Source: Candidatus Multivorans sp. (GTDB taxonomy: Bacteria; Acidobacteriota; Thermoanaerobaculia; Multivoradales; Multivoraceae). Taken from it: a stretch of 64,000 bases of DNA. A program made the position numbers and the translations under genes. Numbering within the stretch: position 1 is the stretch's first letter; every line of letters begins with the position of its first letter. The notes beneath the pieces are model-generated. The model was not told the origin of the DNA and searched no databases. It saw only the letters and a program-made list of their open reading frames with translations. The stretch lies in assembly GCA_965247095.1 (NCBI GenBank), contig OZ251997.1:3360001-3424000 (forward strand). The letters run 5' to 3'. Below are positions 51,752 to 61,776 of the stretch, one piece after another.

Positions 51752-53074
51752 TCAGGCGCCCCGGTCCCGGTCCCAGGCGAGGCGTCCGGCGACGAACACG
51801 GCGCGCACCGCCCGATCGTCGCCCAGGAGGGCGAGTGCGTACAGAGTGTCCTCGAGGTTCTCGGAAAGGGCGTGGCGGTCGCGCATCACCGGTGTTGCCG
51901 CCGGATCGAGGACCACGATGTCCGCCCAGCGGCCGGGTTCGAGACACCCGATCTCCTCGTCGAGACCCAGCAGCCTGGCGTTGCCCCGGGTGGCGGAGTG
52001 GAAGAGGTCGTGGGCGCCGAACTGGACCCCTCGAAGCAGGGCCGCCTGGTAGGCGGCGCCGAGCGTGTGGAGCATCGAGTAGCCGGTTCCGGCGCCGACG
52101 TCGCTTCCCACCCCGATGCCAACCGGACGTTCCGGGCGGTTGACCAGGCTCCGGTCGAAGATCCCGGAGCCCAGAAAGGAGTTCGCGGTCGGGCAGTGGA
52201 CCACCGTCGTGCCGGTCTCGTGGAGCCGCTGGCATTCCCGTTCGCCGAGGTGGACTCCGTGGGCAAGAAGCGTGCGGGGCCCCAGCAGGCCCGCCCGGTC
52301 GTACACGTCCGTGTAGTCGAGCGCCTCTGGGAAGAGTTCCCGAACGCGAGCGATCTCGGCCCGGCTCTCACCGAGATGCGACTGCACCAGAAGCTCGGGG
52401 CGCGAGGCCGCGAGTTCGCCTGCGAGCCGAAGCTGCTCGCCGCTGGAGGTGATGGCGAATCGAACCGTGATCGCGTAGCGAAGGCGGCCCCGGAGATGCC
52501 AGCGGTCGGCGAGCGCTTCGCTATCGGCGATGCCCGCTTCGGGATCGTCCCGCAGGCCGGCCGGTGCGTTGCGGTCCATCATTGTCTTGCCGGTGACGAT
52601 GGCCATGCCCCGCGCTTCGGCTGCGTTGAACAGGGCTTCGGCAGCTTGCGGGTGGACCGAGGAGAAGGCGACCGCGGCAGTCGTTCCGTGCTGGACCAAC
52701 CGCTCCAGGAACACCCCGGCTGCCTCGGCGGCGTGGGCCGGATCCTGGTAGCGGAGTTCCTCGCGCCAGGTGAAGCGGTCGAGCCAGTCCAGCAGATCTC
52801 GGCCGGGTGCCGCGAGCATCCGATACTGGGGGAAGTGGACGTGGGCGTCGATGAAGCCGGGCAGGACCAGCGCGTCGCCATAGTGGTCCTGAGGGAGTTG
52901 CCCGTACTGCTCCGGCAACGCGGCGGCGTCCCCACGAAAGGAGATGCGCCCCTTCCCGTCGACCGCAACGGCGCCCTGAGGGTGGAAGTCGACGGCCTCC
53001 GCCGGGCCTGCGGCCGCTGGATCGGCGCGGTAGGTCAGGACCGCTCCGCGGATCACCCGCCCGCTGTCCGTCAC
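51752..53074 (-). CDS. guaD: Guanine deaminase
   Basis: PGFIDAHVHFPQ, LLDWL, GKTMMDRNAP, YAITVRFA, HCPTANSFLGSG, LGDDRAV. Confidence 0.93.
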   Translation of the reverse strand: MTDSGRVIRGAVLTYRADPAAAGPAEAVDFHPQGAVAVDGKGRISFRGDAAALPEQYGQLPQDHYGDALVLPGFIDAHVHFPQYRMLAAPGRDLLDWLDRFTWREELRYQDPAHAAEAAGVFLERLVQHGTTAAVAFSSVHPQAAEALFNAAEARGMAIVTGKTMMDRNAPAGLRDDPEAGIADSEALADRWHLRGRLRYAITVRFAITSSGEQLRLAGELAASRPELLVQSHLGESRAEIARVRELFPEALDYTDVYDRAGLLGPRTLLAHGVHLGERECQRLHETGTTVVHCPTANSFLGSGIFDRSLVNRPERPVGIGVGSDVGAGTGYSMLHTLGAAYQAALLRGVQFGAHDLFHSATRGNARLLGLDEEIGCLEPGRWADIVVLDPAATPVMRDRHALSENLEDTLYALALLGDDRAVRAVFVAGRLAWDRDRGA

Positions 53075-54015
53075 GCGGGAAATCGCTCCAGGAGCTGGGC
53101 GGCGACGCCGGTAGCGATGGCGGCGGGCGTCTTGGACCGGATCTGCGGCAGCCCGATCGGACAGACGAGCGCGTCGGTCAGACCATCCGGCAGGCCCGCG
53201 CTGCGCAGCCGCTGCACGAATCGAGCACGCTTGCTCGAGGAACCGATGAGCCCGACATAGCTGAACCGGCGGGCCGCAAGAGCGGCATGGACGATCGCAA
53301 GATCGAGCGGATGGCTGTGGGTCATCACGACGACGGCGGCGCCCGAAGGGGCGGCGGACAGCTCGTCCGCGGCGTCCGAGCTCTCGATGGTCCGGATGGG
53401 CTGAGGCAGGACGGGCGGGAACGCGTCAGAGCGCCCGTCGATCCAGGTGACGGCAAAGGGGAGAGGCGCCAGGGCGAGCATGAGCGCCCGGCCGACGTGC
53501 CCGGCGCCGAATAGCCAGACCTCCTGCGGCCGGTCGCCGAAGCGCTCGACGACGTCGACTTCTCCGTCCGTTCCCGCGTCGCCGGCGCCCTCGTCTCCAT
53601 CCTTGACAGGGGCCCGGCCCACCGCTCGTCGGCCGATCCGGGCACAGACCGTGAACGGACCGGCCCGCTCCCGCGCCGCGAGCGCGCGGACGGTGTCGAG
53701 CTGCTCCGTCACGAAGACTTCGGACAGCACCTCGACGCTGCCGCCGCAGCACTGGGCGAGTTCGGGCCCGAGGGAATAGCGGTCGAGGGCGGCAGACTGC
53801 GTACCTGCAGCCAGCGCCTGCCGCGCCGCATGGAGCACCCGCCATTCGAGTTCGCCGCCGCCGATCGTGCCGGAGAAGCCGGTACGCCCAGGTCCGACGA
53901 CCATGCGGGCGCCGGCCTCGCGAGGTGCGGAGCCCCGCACGGTTACGACACTGACCAGGGCGCAGGCGCCGTGCGCCTCCAGGAGGCTGGCGACTTCGGG
54001 CCAGACACGGCGCAT
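53071..54015 (-). CDS. xdhC: Xanthine dehydrogenase accessory protein
   Basis: GSAPREAGARM, GTIGGGELE, LGPELAQCCGG, LFGAGHVG, MTHSHPLD, GLIGS. Confidence 0.93.
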   Translation of the reverse strand: MRRVWPEVASLLEAHGACALVSVVTVRGSAPREAGARMVVGPGRTGFSGTIGGGELEWRVLHAARQALAAGTQSAALDRYSLGPELAQCCGGSVEVLSEVFVTEQLDTVRALAARERAGPFTVCARIGRRAVGRAPVKDGDEGAGDAGTDGEVDVVERFGDRPQEVWLFGAGHVGRALMLALAPLPFAVTWIDGRSDAFPPVLPQPIRTIESSDAADELSAAPSGAAVVVMTHSHPLDLAIVHAALAARRFSYVGLIGSSSKRARFVQRLRSAGLPDGLTDALVCPIGLPQIRSKTPAAIATGVAAQLLERFPA

Positions 54016-54019
54016 GGAG

Positions 54020-56470
54020 TCAACCCGCGACCGGCGCTTCGACCGCCAGAGCGGGTGCGGGACGATGTTCGTGCCGCAGAGCGTCCGCGGCGCGCAGGAT
54101 GGCTTCCGGCGTGGCCGGCGCATCGAGCGGCGGCACCGTGCCCGGGGCCAGGCTGGCCACTGCGTGGGTGATGGCGGAGAAAGCCGAGAGCGCGAGCATG
54201 AGCGGAGGTTCGCCGACCGCCTTCGAGCGGTAGATCGTGGGTTCCGGATTGGCGCCCGACCGGTAGAGCTCCACGCGGAAGTCGGCCGGAACGTCGGAAC
54301 AGGTGGGAATCTTGTAGGTCGATGGTGCGTGGGTCAGCAGCCGTCCCGACGGGTCGAACACCAGCTCCTCGGTGGTGAGCCATCCCAGACCCTGGACGAA
54401 GCCGCCTTCGATCTGGCCGATGTCGATCGCTGGATTGAGCGAGTTCCCGGCATCGTGCAGGATGTCCACCCGGTCGAGTCGGATCTCGCCAGTTTCCGTG
54501 TCTACGGTGACTTCGCTGCAGGCGGCGCCGCAGGCGAAGTAGAGGAACGGCCGTCCGCTGCGCCGGTCCCGGTTCCAGCCGATCTTCGGCGTGCGGAAGA
54601 AACCGGTAGCCGACAACGACACGCGTTGCTCGAAGGCGGTCGCCGCCAGTTGCCTGAACGAAATCGTGTCGAGGCGTCCGCCGTCGCCTCTCGCGACGCC
54701 GACTCGTCCGTCCGCGAAGGAGATGGCGTCCGGCTCGACGCCAAAGTGCCGGGCGGCGAGATCCGCGAGCCGCCGTCTGATCTTCCGGGCGGCCAGCCTT
54801 GCAGCCATGCCGTTCAGGTCCGAGCCGGACGACGCCGCGGTGGCCGGGGAGTTCGGAACCTTGTCCGTTCGCGTCGCGGTGACCCACACCTTGGCGATGT
54901 CGACTCCCAGCTCCTCTGCGACCACCTGGGCGACCTTGATGTAGAGCCCCTGGCCCATCTCGGTGCCGCCGTGGTTCACCTGAACCGAGCCGTCCACGAA
55001 GACGTGGACCAGGGCGCCGGCCTGATTCAGGGCCAGCAGCGTGTACGCGATCCCGAACTTGACCGGAGTCAGCGCGATGCCCTTGCGAAGGGGACCCCCC
55101 AGGAGATTGAAGCGCGACACGGCCGCACGCCGCGCCGCGTAGTCGCTGGTCTGCTCCAGCGTCTCCACGATGTCCGGGAGGACGTGCTCTTCCACCGTCA
55201 TGCCGTAGGGCGTCGTGTCCCGGCCCGGGCGGTAAAGGTTCCGCTTGCGCACCAGGAGCGGATCGAGCCCCAGGGTGATGGCCGCGGCGTCCATCGCCCG
55301 CTCGGCCACGATCATCCCCTGGGGTCCGCCGAATCCCCGGAACGCGGTGTTGGAGACCGTGTCCGTTTGCAGGCGGCGCGAGTTGATCGTCGCAGCGGGG
55401 TAGTAGTACGCGTTGTCGGCGTGGAACGTTGCCCGGTCGCAAACGCCGGAAGACAAGTCCGCCGAGCAGCCGCAGCGGGCCGCCAGGTCGATCTCGATTC
55501 CCGTCAGGACGCCGGAAGCGTCCAGACCGCAGCGAAAGTCCGCCCGGAAGTCGTGACGCTTGCCTGTCATTGCCATGTCGTCGTCGCGGTCGAGCCGGAG
55601 CTTTGCCGGGCGGCCGACCGTTCGGGCGGCGAGGGCGGCCAGGCAGGCCCACTGAGCCGCCTGCGACTCCTTGCCGCCAAAGGCGCCGCCCATTCGGCGG
55701 CACTCGCAGACGACCGCGGCGTCAGGGATGTCCAGCATGCCCGCGACCAGCCCCTGGACTTCGGCGGGGTGCTGGGTCGAGGAGAAGACCCGGATCTCGT
55801 CGTCCTCGCCGGGCACCGCGAGCGCGGCCTGTCCCTCCAGGTAGAAGTGCTCCTGACCGCCGATCCGCAGACTCCCTTCGAGACCGCGCGGAGCAGCAGC
55901 AATGGCGCCCGCCGCGTCGCCGCGCTCGAAGCCGTAGGGCGGCAGCAGGTCCGTTCCCTGAGCGAGCGCGTCGTCCACGGTGACCCGGGGCGGGCGGGAC
56001 TCGACTTCGATGCGGGCGCGCTTCACGGCCCGGCGGGCGATGTCGCGTGTCTCGGCCACGACCGCGAAAACGACCTCGCCGGGAAAGCGAATCGTGTCTC
56101 CCGCCAGGATCGGATCATCCCCGGCCGCGGGGCTGCAGTCGTTTCGCCCGGGAATGTCGCCCGCTTCGAGAACCGCCAGAACTCCCGGGAAGGCCCGCAC
56201 AGCCGAGAGGTCCAGGGAGCGGATGAGGCCACAGGCCGCACCCGCGGCGCCGGGCGCCACGTGGACCGTGCCCCGAGGCTCCGGCAGATCGTCGACGTAG
56301 TTCGCCGTGCCGCGGACGTGCCGCGCCGCACTGTCGTGGGGGAGTCCCCGCCCGACGCTCCGGCCCGGTGCGCTGCCGGGGTCGGCGATCTTCTCAGGGG
56401 AGGTCCGGTCTCCCGCCGTTGCCGAGGCGCCCGCTGACTCGGCGGTCCTAGCCTGGATCAGGGTACTCAG
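54020..56470 (-). CDS. xdhB: Xanthine dehydrogenase molybdopterin-binding subunit (probable CTG start)
   Basis: GQEHFYLEG, RMGGAFGGKE, AFRGFGGPQG, HGGTEMGQG, SKAVGEPP; the PHDSA..HV.G.A.Y.DD motif lies upstream of the first ATG/GTG. Confidence 0.9.
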   Translation of the reverse strand: MSTLIQARTAESAGASATAGDRTSPEKIADPGSAPGRSVGRGLPHDSAARHVRGTANYVDDLPEPRGTVHVAPGAAGAACGLIRSLDLSAVRAFPGVLAVLEAGDIPGRNDCSPAAGDDPILAGDTIRFPGEVVFAVVAETRDIARRAVKRARIEVESRPPRVTVDDALAQGTDLLPPYGFERGDAAGAIAAAPRGLEGSLRIGGQEHFYLEGQAALAVPGEDDEIRVFSSTQHPAEVQGLVAGMLDIPDAAVVCECRRMGGAFGGKESQAAQWACLAALAARTVGRPAKLRLDRDDDMAMTGKRHDFRADFRCGLDASGVLTGIEIDLAARCGCSADLSSGVCDRATFHADNAYYYPAATINSRRLQTDTVSNTAFRGFGGPQGMIVAERAMDAAAITLGLDPLLVRKRNLYRPGRDTTPYGMTVEEHVLPDIVETLEQTSDYAARRAAVSRFNLLGGPLRKGIALTPVKFGIAYTLLALNQAGALVHVFVDGSVQVNHGGTEMGQGLYIKVAQVVAEELGVDIAKVWVTATRTDKVPNSPATAASSGSDLNGMAARLAARKIRRRLADLAARHFGVEPDAISFADGRVGVARGDGGRLDTISFRQLAATAFEQRVSLSATGFFRTPKIGWNRDRRSGRPFLYFACGAACSEVTVDTETGEIRLDRVDILHDAGNSLNPAIDIGQIEGGFVQGLGWLTTEELVFDPSGRLLTHAPSTYKIPTCSDVPADFRVELYRSGANPEPTIYRSKAVGEPPLMLALSAFSAITHAVASLAPGTVPPLDAPATPEAILRAADALRHEHRPAPALAVEAPVAG

Positions 56471-57948
56471 GCCGCCTCCTCCCTGCTGCCGCGGACCCGC
56501 GTCTCCCGGCTCGGACGCCCCGCGATCTCGCTGAGCGCCTTGAGGACGAGAGAGCCGGCGACGCGCAGCCGGTACTGGGCGCTCGCCCGGTGGTCGTCGA
56601 TCGGCGAGAAGTCACCGGCCAGCGCGGCCCGGACCCGCTCCTCCGCGTCACGCCGCAATCCGCTGTTCTCCAGGCTGAGCCCGATCAGAGTCTCTTCGGT
56701 CCGCGGGGAACGCCTGGGCGTCGCCGCCATGCCGCCCCAGGCCATCCTGGCGGAGACGATGCGCCCGCCGACCGTGTGGAACCAGAACGCCCCGAGCACG
56801 GACGAGATGTCCTGGTCGTAGCGCTTCGAGATCTTGTAGCTGCGGAAATGCTCGTCCGGGCCAAGGCGGGGAACCCGGATCCGGGTCAGGAGTTCGCCGG
56901 GTGCGCGGTCCTGAACGCCGTAGTCGAGGAAGAACGCCTCGAGCGGCAGGGTCCGGCGACGTTCGCCGAGGCGGAGCTCGATGGAAGCCCCGAGTGCGAT
57001 CAGAACCGGAGGCATGTCGCCTATCGGCGAGCCGTTCGCAATGTTGCCGCCGACCGTGCCGACTGCCCGCACCTGCTTCGAACCCAGGCGATTGAGCACT
57101 TCGCCGACATCCGGGTCGATGCCGCAAAGCGCCGCCTCCGCTTCGGCGTACGTGGCGGCGGCGCCAAGCTCCACCCGGTCGTGCTCTTCACGCACGGCCC
57201 GGAGGGAGGGGACGCGCCCGGTGTGAATGATCTGGGGCAGGTGACGCAGTTCCTTCGTGATCCATAGACCGACATCCGTCGCGCCGCCCGTGATCACGGC
57301 GTCAGGGTGTCGGGCGCAGAGGTCGGCCAGGCTGTTCTCGGAGGCCGGGGCCGCGAAAAACGTCTCGTCGTTGCCAACGAAGAGGTCCTGACCGTCGTCG
57401 AGCGTGTCGAGCTGCTCAGCCGTGCGAGCCGCATTTCGCGTGAACTCGTCCTGAGGCGTGCCGCCGCAGGAGACGAGAGCCGCGTCGGCGATCGGACGGT
57501 AGCCGGTGCATCGACATAGGTTGCCGGCGAGCCACTCGTTCACCGCGGCGCGGTCTGGATGCTGGTTCGCGTGGTAGAGAGCGAACAGGGTCATGACGAA
57601 GCCGGGCGTGCAGAACCCGCACTGGGAAGCGTGGTGGTCGACGAGCGCCCGCTGGACAGGATGAAGGTCCGAGGCGCGAGGCGCCAGGTCGTCAACGGTG
57701 ACCACTTCGGCCCCGTCCAGGGAGCCAAGGAGTTGAATGCAACTGTTCGTCGGCTCGTAGACCACGCGCCCGTCGCGGAGGCGGCCGACAGCAACGGTGC
57801 AGGCGCCGCAGTCCCCTTCGGCGCAGCCCTCCTTGGTGCCTGTCGCGCCTTCGCGGAGACGTAGATGCTCGAGCAGCGTCTCGGTGGGTGCGAACCCCTC
57901 CAGGCTCGTGACCCGCCCTCGACGTACAATGCGCAACGCAGGGCGCAT
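56467..57948 (-). CDS. xdhA: Xanthine dehydrogenase small subunit (2Fe-2S/FAD)
   Basis: GTKEGCAEGDCGACT, SQCGFCTPGF, GNLCRCTGY, GGNIANGSPIGD, YKISKRYDQDIS. Confidence 0.95.
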   Translation of the reverse strand: MRPALRIVRRGRVTSLEGFAPTETLLEHLRLREGATGTKEGCAEGDCGACTVAVGRLRDGRVVYEPTNSCIQLLGSLDGAEVVTVDDLAPRASDLHPVQRALVDHHASQCGFCTPGFVMTLFALYHANQHPDRAAVNEWLAGNLCRCTGYRPIADAALVSCGGTPQDEFTRNAARTAEQLDTLDDGQDLFVGNDETFFAAPASENSLADLCARHPDAVITGGATDVGLWITKELRHLPQIIHTGRVPSLRAVREEHDRVELGAAATYAEAEAALCGIDPDVGEVLNRLGSKQVRAVGTVGGNIANGSPIGDMPPVLIALGASIELRLGERRRTLPLEAFFLDYGVQDRAPGELLTRIRVPRLGPDEHFRSYKISKRYDQDISSVLGAFWFHTVGGRIVSARMAWGGMAATPRRSPRTEETLIGLSLENSGLRRDAEERVRAALAGDFSPIDDHRASAQYRLRVAGSLVLKALSEIAGRPSRETRVRGSREEAA

Positions 57949-57949
57949 C

Positions 57950-58100
57950 TGCGCAAACTATCGCAGCTTCTGCTTTCAGGAGATCGCTCCGGGCGGCTTT
58001 AGGCCGCAGTTCGGCGGCATCGTGACGGACAGCTCGATCGTCGCGGGTTTCCGGAAGGAGTTCGGCACCGGCTTCGCCTGGGACATGAGCGGTCACAATC
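57950..58100 (+). pseudogene. Short internal fragment resembling a TonB-dependent receptor
   Basis: FCFQEIAPGGFRPQFGGIVTDSSIVAGFR...AWDMS; no start codon. Confidence 0.4.
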
Positions 58101-58165
58101 TGTGTCCAGGCACCGGTCCACGGAGGGCGTTGACCGCCGTCGCGGCGTCAGCATAGGCTTGGCCT

Positions 58166-58435
58166 ATGTCAGGCGCTGCACGACGACCGTCAGCAACTCA
58201 GCCGTTCCGGGTAGCTCGTCTGTTCCGCAACGGCCGGAATCAGGCGCTCCGGATCCCGCGCGAGTTCGAACTGCAGGCCGACGAGGTGACCATTCACCGG
58301 GAGGATGGTCGCTTGATCATCGAACCCGTCGATCGGAAGCCATCGCTTGCAGAGGTTCTCTCGCGTCTCGCCCCGCTCGAAGAAGACTTCCCGAACATCG
58401 AGGATCCTCCGGTCGAGCCGGAAGAGACCCTCTGA
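58166..58435 (+). CDS. AbrB/MazE-type (VapB) antitoxin
   Basis: ARLFRNGRNQALRIPREFEL...LIIEP. Confidence 0.9.
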   Translation: MSGAARRPSATQPFRVARLFRNGRNQALRIPREFELQADEVTIHREDGRLIIEPVDRKPSLAEVLSRLAPLEEDFPNIEDPPVEPEETL

Positions 58436-58448
58436 CTCGGTAAGAACC

Positions 58449-58847
58449 GTGCCGCGATACCTGTTGGACACGAACGCCGTATCCCAGTTGATCCGGCGCC
58501 CCGATGGCGAACTCGCCAAGAGATGCGCCGCTCTTGAGCCGGGGAATCTCGCAACGAGCGTGATCGTGGCCGCCGAGTTGCGGTACAGCGCCGAACGTCG
58601 CGGTTCCCGGCGTCTGACGACGCAGTTGGACGCAGTGTTGTCGGCGGTCGACATCCTGGCCTTGGAAGAACCGGCGGACCGGCACTACGGCGCGATCCGG
58701 AGCGAATTGGAGCGGGTCGGCCAGCCGATCGGGCACAACGACCTGCTCATCGCGGCTCACGCCAGGGCCCTTCGCCTGACATTGGTGACCAACAATGTCC
58801 GCGAGTTCCGCAGGGTGCCGGATCTGGTGGTCGAGGACTGGCAGTGA
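58449..58847 (+). CDS. VapC PIN-domain toxin
   Basis: YLLDTNAVS, SVIVAAEL, GQPIGHNDLLIAAHA, LVTNNVREFRRVPDL. Confidence 0.92.
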   Translation: MPRYLLDTNAVSQLIRRPDGELAKRCAALEPGNLATSVIVAAELRYSAERRGSRRLTTQLDAVLSAVDILALEEPADRHYGAIRSELERVGQPIGHNDLLIAAHARALRLTLVTNNVREFRRVPDLVVEDWQ

Positions 58848-58899
58848 CGACCGCTTGAGGTGGGTCTCGGCGAGTGCTGCGCCGACCGTCGTGGCGAGA

Positions 58900-59352
58900 A
58901 TCCTGAGCCGCCTACACGGGCGACGACGAGGAAGGCCTGCGCAAGGCAAGCACCTGGGGCGACTACATCATCTGCAACGTGGAGTACGTCGCGCTGGACT
59001 TCGCGGCGCTTCGCGAGTTCATGCGCGGCCTCGTCGATGCCAGGGCTCACCCCGAGCCACCGAAACCCTCTCCGTCCCCGGCCTCGCCTTCGCCGAACAC
59101 GGCCCGCGCGACCTCGGCCTTTCCTACGGCCACCTCGAAGGCCGCGCCGACCCGCCGCTTCCACCCGAAGTCGTCGCCGCCGGCGAGATGGTGCTGGAGC
59201 TGACGAAGGAGCGCGGGATGTTTTTCCTGGACAACGTACTGCCGGAGAATGTGGCTGGGCAGCTCGACCGCGGTGTGATGGTTGGCGCCGGACGGAGGGA
59301 GGATACGGCGGAGGTGGGGAGGGAGCACACCGGGCGGACGATGCCCTGGTAG
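58900..59352 (+). pseudogene. HpcH/HpaI aldolase/citrate-lyase-like remnant with internal deletion
   Basis: TWGDYIICNVEY...LREFMRGLVD, then a frame change to VPGLAFAEHGPRDLGLSYG. Confidence 0.5.
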
Positions 59353-59671
59353 GGCTGCGGCGGGCTGGCCGACCCGCGTGAAGTTGCCTGGCGGTGAAGA
59401 AGCTGAACTCGATAAGCGCGTCTGCCGCCTTCACGGTTCTGTCCGATTGAGCTTGGCCCGATCCGGGGACGCAGGTTCTCGCAGGAGGTGTCTGCGATAC
59501 TGAGACCAGGGCCTCCGCACCCAACAGAATCTCGGTGGCAGATGGTCGAGCTGTTGATGTCTGGGAGCGAGCCCAGCCCACGAGCTAGAGCTATGCCAGA
59601 CGAGGCATTGGACGGGTCCGGTCTTGAGCACCCTGGCTGTTCACGCCGAGTGCATCACGCGTGAAACGAAT

Positions 59672-61045
59672 CTACGGCTTGGGATAGGGGTCGAACCGGA
59701 AGACCCTGTTAGATTGCTGGCGTTCGAGCTGCAGCGTAACGAGCGCCGTTCGATGTGGTGTAAAGAACTTGCTGATCTCATCCTTCTTGATGTGGATGGC
59801 GCCGATGCCGTCGTCAGCAAGAGTCTCGAACCCGACGTATGTATACGGAGGGTTGATCTCCGGGTGAGCGGTGACGCTCATGCGTAGGTACTCCCCGACC
59901 TTGTCGATTGCGGATTTCAAACGTGTGCAGTCTACGTAGACGCTGCGGTAGGAGGGATCATCGCTGTATTTGTGGACTCCCCTAATCACTGTCCCGTGGA
60001 ACCGCTCAGCGGTCTGGTCGTTGTCTTTCTCGTAGAATTGCAGCAGATAGTCCTCGACGCCGACTCCGTATTGGTCCTCCACGTGCACGACGGTGTTCTG
60101 GAACCCATGCTTCCGCGCGTTGCCGCTAGGCCGGTTGGGCAGGAGCGCCTCGTTGCGGCGCGCCAGCACTTCGCACCACCCGTGGAAGCCGTCGTCCTCC
60201 ACGGTCAAGCTTCTCACGATGTCGGTGAGCAGGTCGCGATCTCGCTTCGACTTCACGTTGCTCTTACTCAGTTTGATCGAGCTATGGTCGTGGCCGTCTA
60301 CGATGCCAAACGCTGCCGTGCCCGATGACTCTTCAAGCGACCGCCAATCGCGTCCTACATTGGGATTTTCCGGGTGGGCCGGGAACGTGCCGGTCATGCG
60401 AACACAGTTCATGTTGGCTGTCGAAATACGTACGGTACCGTCCGAACCGTCCTCATTCCCAATGGCACGAATCCCCCTATATCCATTGTTGCCGACCAGC
60501 ACGGTGCATAGTACGTTTCCTTGGTCGTACATTCTGCCGCCGTCGCCAAACCTGTCGCGCTGCGCCAGCTCCCAGGTGTAGGAGCTGGCAAGTTCCAGTC
60601 CTTTGAGGATCTGTGTGCCGGTCTCGAAGGGGTTACCCTCTGGCTTCTTGGCAATGAAGCCCTTGAACACGCGCGCGGCGAATGAGCGGCCCTTGTGTGC
60701 TAAGGGTGAACCGAAGTTGGCTGGCGCAAGCATGACCATCCGATGTACGGGTGCTTGGTCTGGGTTGAAATAGCGATTCAGCCATTGCCGGATGACAAGT
60801 CCGCCGGCGCTGTGGACGACGGCGTCTACGCTCCTCTTGTCTGTGGGAAGACCATGGTGGTCCCAAGCCTTCTTCATCGCCGAGGCCAGATCGTCGAAGC
60901 GGATCTCGTCCTCCATGCTGAGGTAGTCCCCCAAGCTGATAGTGACGACCTCGCGCTCGAGCGCAGCCTCAAGGTGTTTCGCGAGCGGCTCAAAGTCGTC
61001 GGAAGAGGCACTCCAACCGTGCAAAATGACTATGCGATTAGCCAT
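59672..61045 (-). CDS. Alpha/beta-hydrolase fold protein
   Basis: ILHGWS oxyanion motif, VHSAGG nucleophile elbow, MLAPANFGSPLA, SDGTVR; lower GC than flanks. Confidence 0.8.
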   Translation of the reverse strand: MANRIVILHGWSASSDDFEPLAKHLEAALEREVVTISLGDYLSMEDEIRFDDLASAMKKAWDHHGLPTDKRSVDAVVHSAGGLVIRQWLNRYFNPDQAPVHRMVMLAPANFGSPLAHKGRSFAARVFKGFIAKKPEGNPFETGTQILKGLELASSYTWELAQRDRFGDGGRMYDQGNVLCTVLVGNNGYRGIRAIGNEDGSDGTVRISTANMNCVRMTGTFPAHPENPNVGRDWRSLEESSGTAAFGIVDGHDHSSIKLSKSNVKSKRDRDLLTDIVRSLTVEDDGFHGWCEVLARRNEALLPNRPSGNARKHGFQNTVVHVEDQYGVGVEDYLLQFYEKDNDQTAERFHGTVIRGVHKYSDDPSYRSVYVDCTRLKSAIDKVGEYLRMSVTAHPEINPPYTYVGFETLADDGIGAIHIKKDEISKFFTPHRTALVTLQLERQQSNRVFRFDPYPKP

Positions 61046-61486
61046 CACCCGACCCCGCCCGGTCGATGTAGGCCTTGATTCCGCCCCTACTGGCCACCGT
61101 TTTGTTGCTCATGCTCTCCCCTTCTTTCGGAGAATGTGCTGGCGCGAGCATACGCGAAATGGACGCGCCGGACACTTGGTTTGGCCTCGGACACTAGCGT
61201 GAGCGGCAGACTCGGGGCGCGCAGGCGGGGTTCTACCTTACTGTCCAACAAACCGTGAGCACCTGAGTTTGACGACGCTACGTGGCATGAGAAAAGGCAA
61301 ACCGCGAGAGCCTTTGGCGCAAGCGTATGAGGCCACCAGTCTCGCGATGCGATCGGAGAGTCCCTGGAAGCCGCTGGATCCATGAATCGGCGATAGGGCC
61401 TACGAGCCCAAGCGCATCAACAAGTCCTTCGAACTGGGACTATACTCGATAGTGACCATTCCTGAGGCACGCCGAAGAGCCATATC

Positions 61487-61717
61487 CTACTGATTCCGTT
61501 CCTGTCGGATCCTCTCGAGTTCCTGTTGGAATAGCTCGTCGTACCGTTCCTGGTCAAACGGTCGCGTGCCCGGATAGTCAGCAGCCGACAGCATCAAGCG
61601 AGCCAAACCGCCAAACGCTAGGGCCAGGAACAGAGTGAAGAGCAAGACCCCAGCGAGGATCTGCCCGAGGGCGACTGCCCATACGGTCCGCCAGAAAGAC
61701 AGTGGCTCCCTAGTCAT
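61487..61717 (-). CDS. Small membrane protein
   Basis: 76 aa, one long hydrophobic helix, charged tail; GAAGGAG upstream. Confidence 0.5.
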   Translation of the reverse strand: MTREPLSFWRTVWAVALGQILAGVLLFTLFLALAFGGLARLMLSAADYPGTRPFDQERYDELFQQELERIRQERNQ

Positions 61718-61776
61718 CGATCATTTGACTCCTTCGACTAGTTCCCTATACCGCTTCAGTGTAACCGCTGGAGGAG

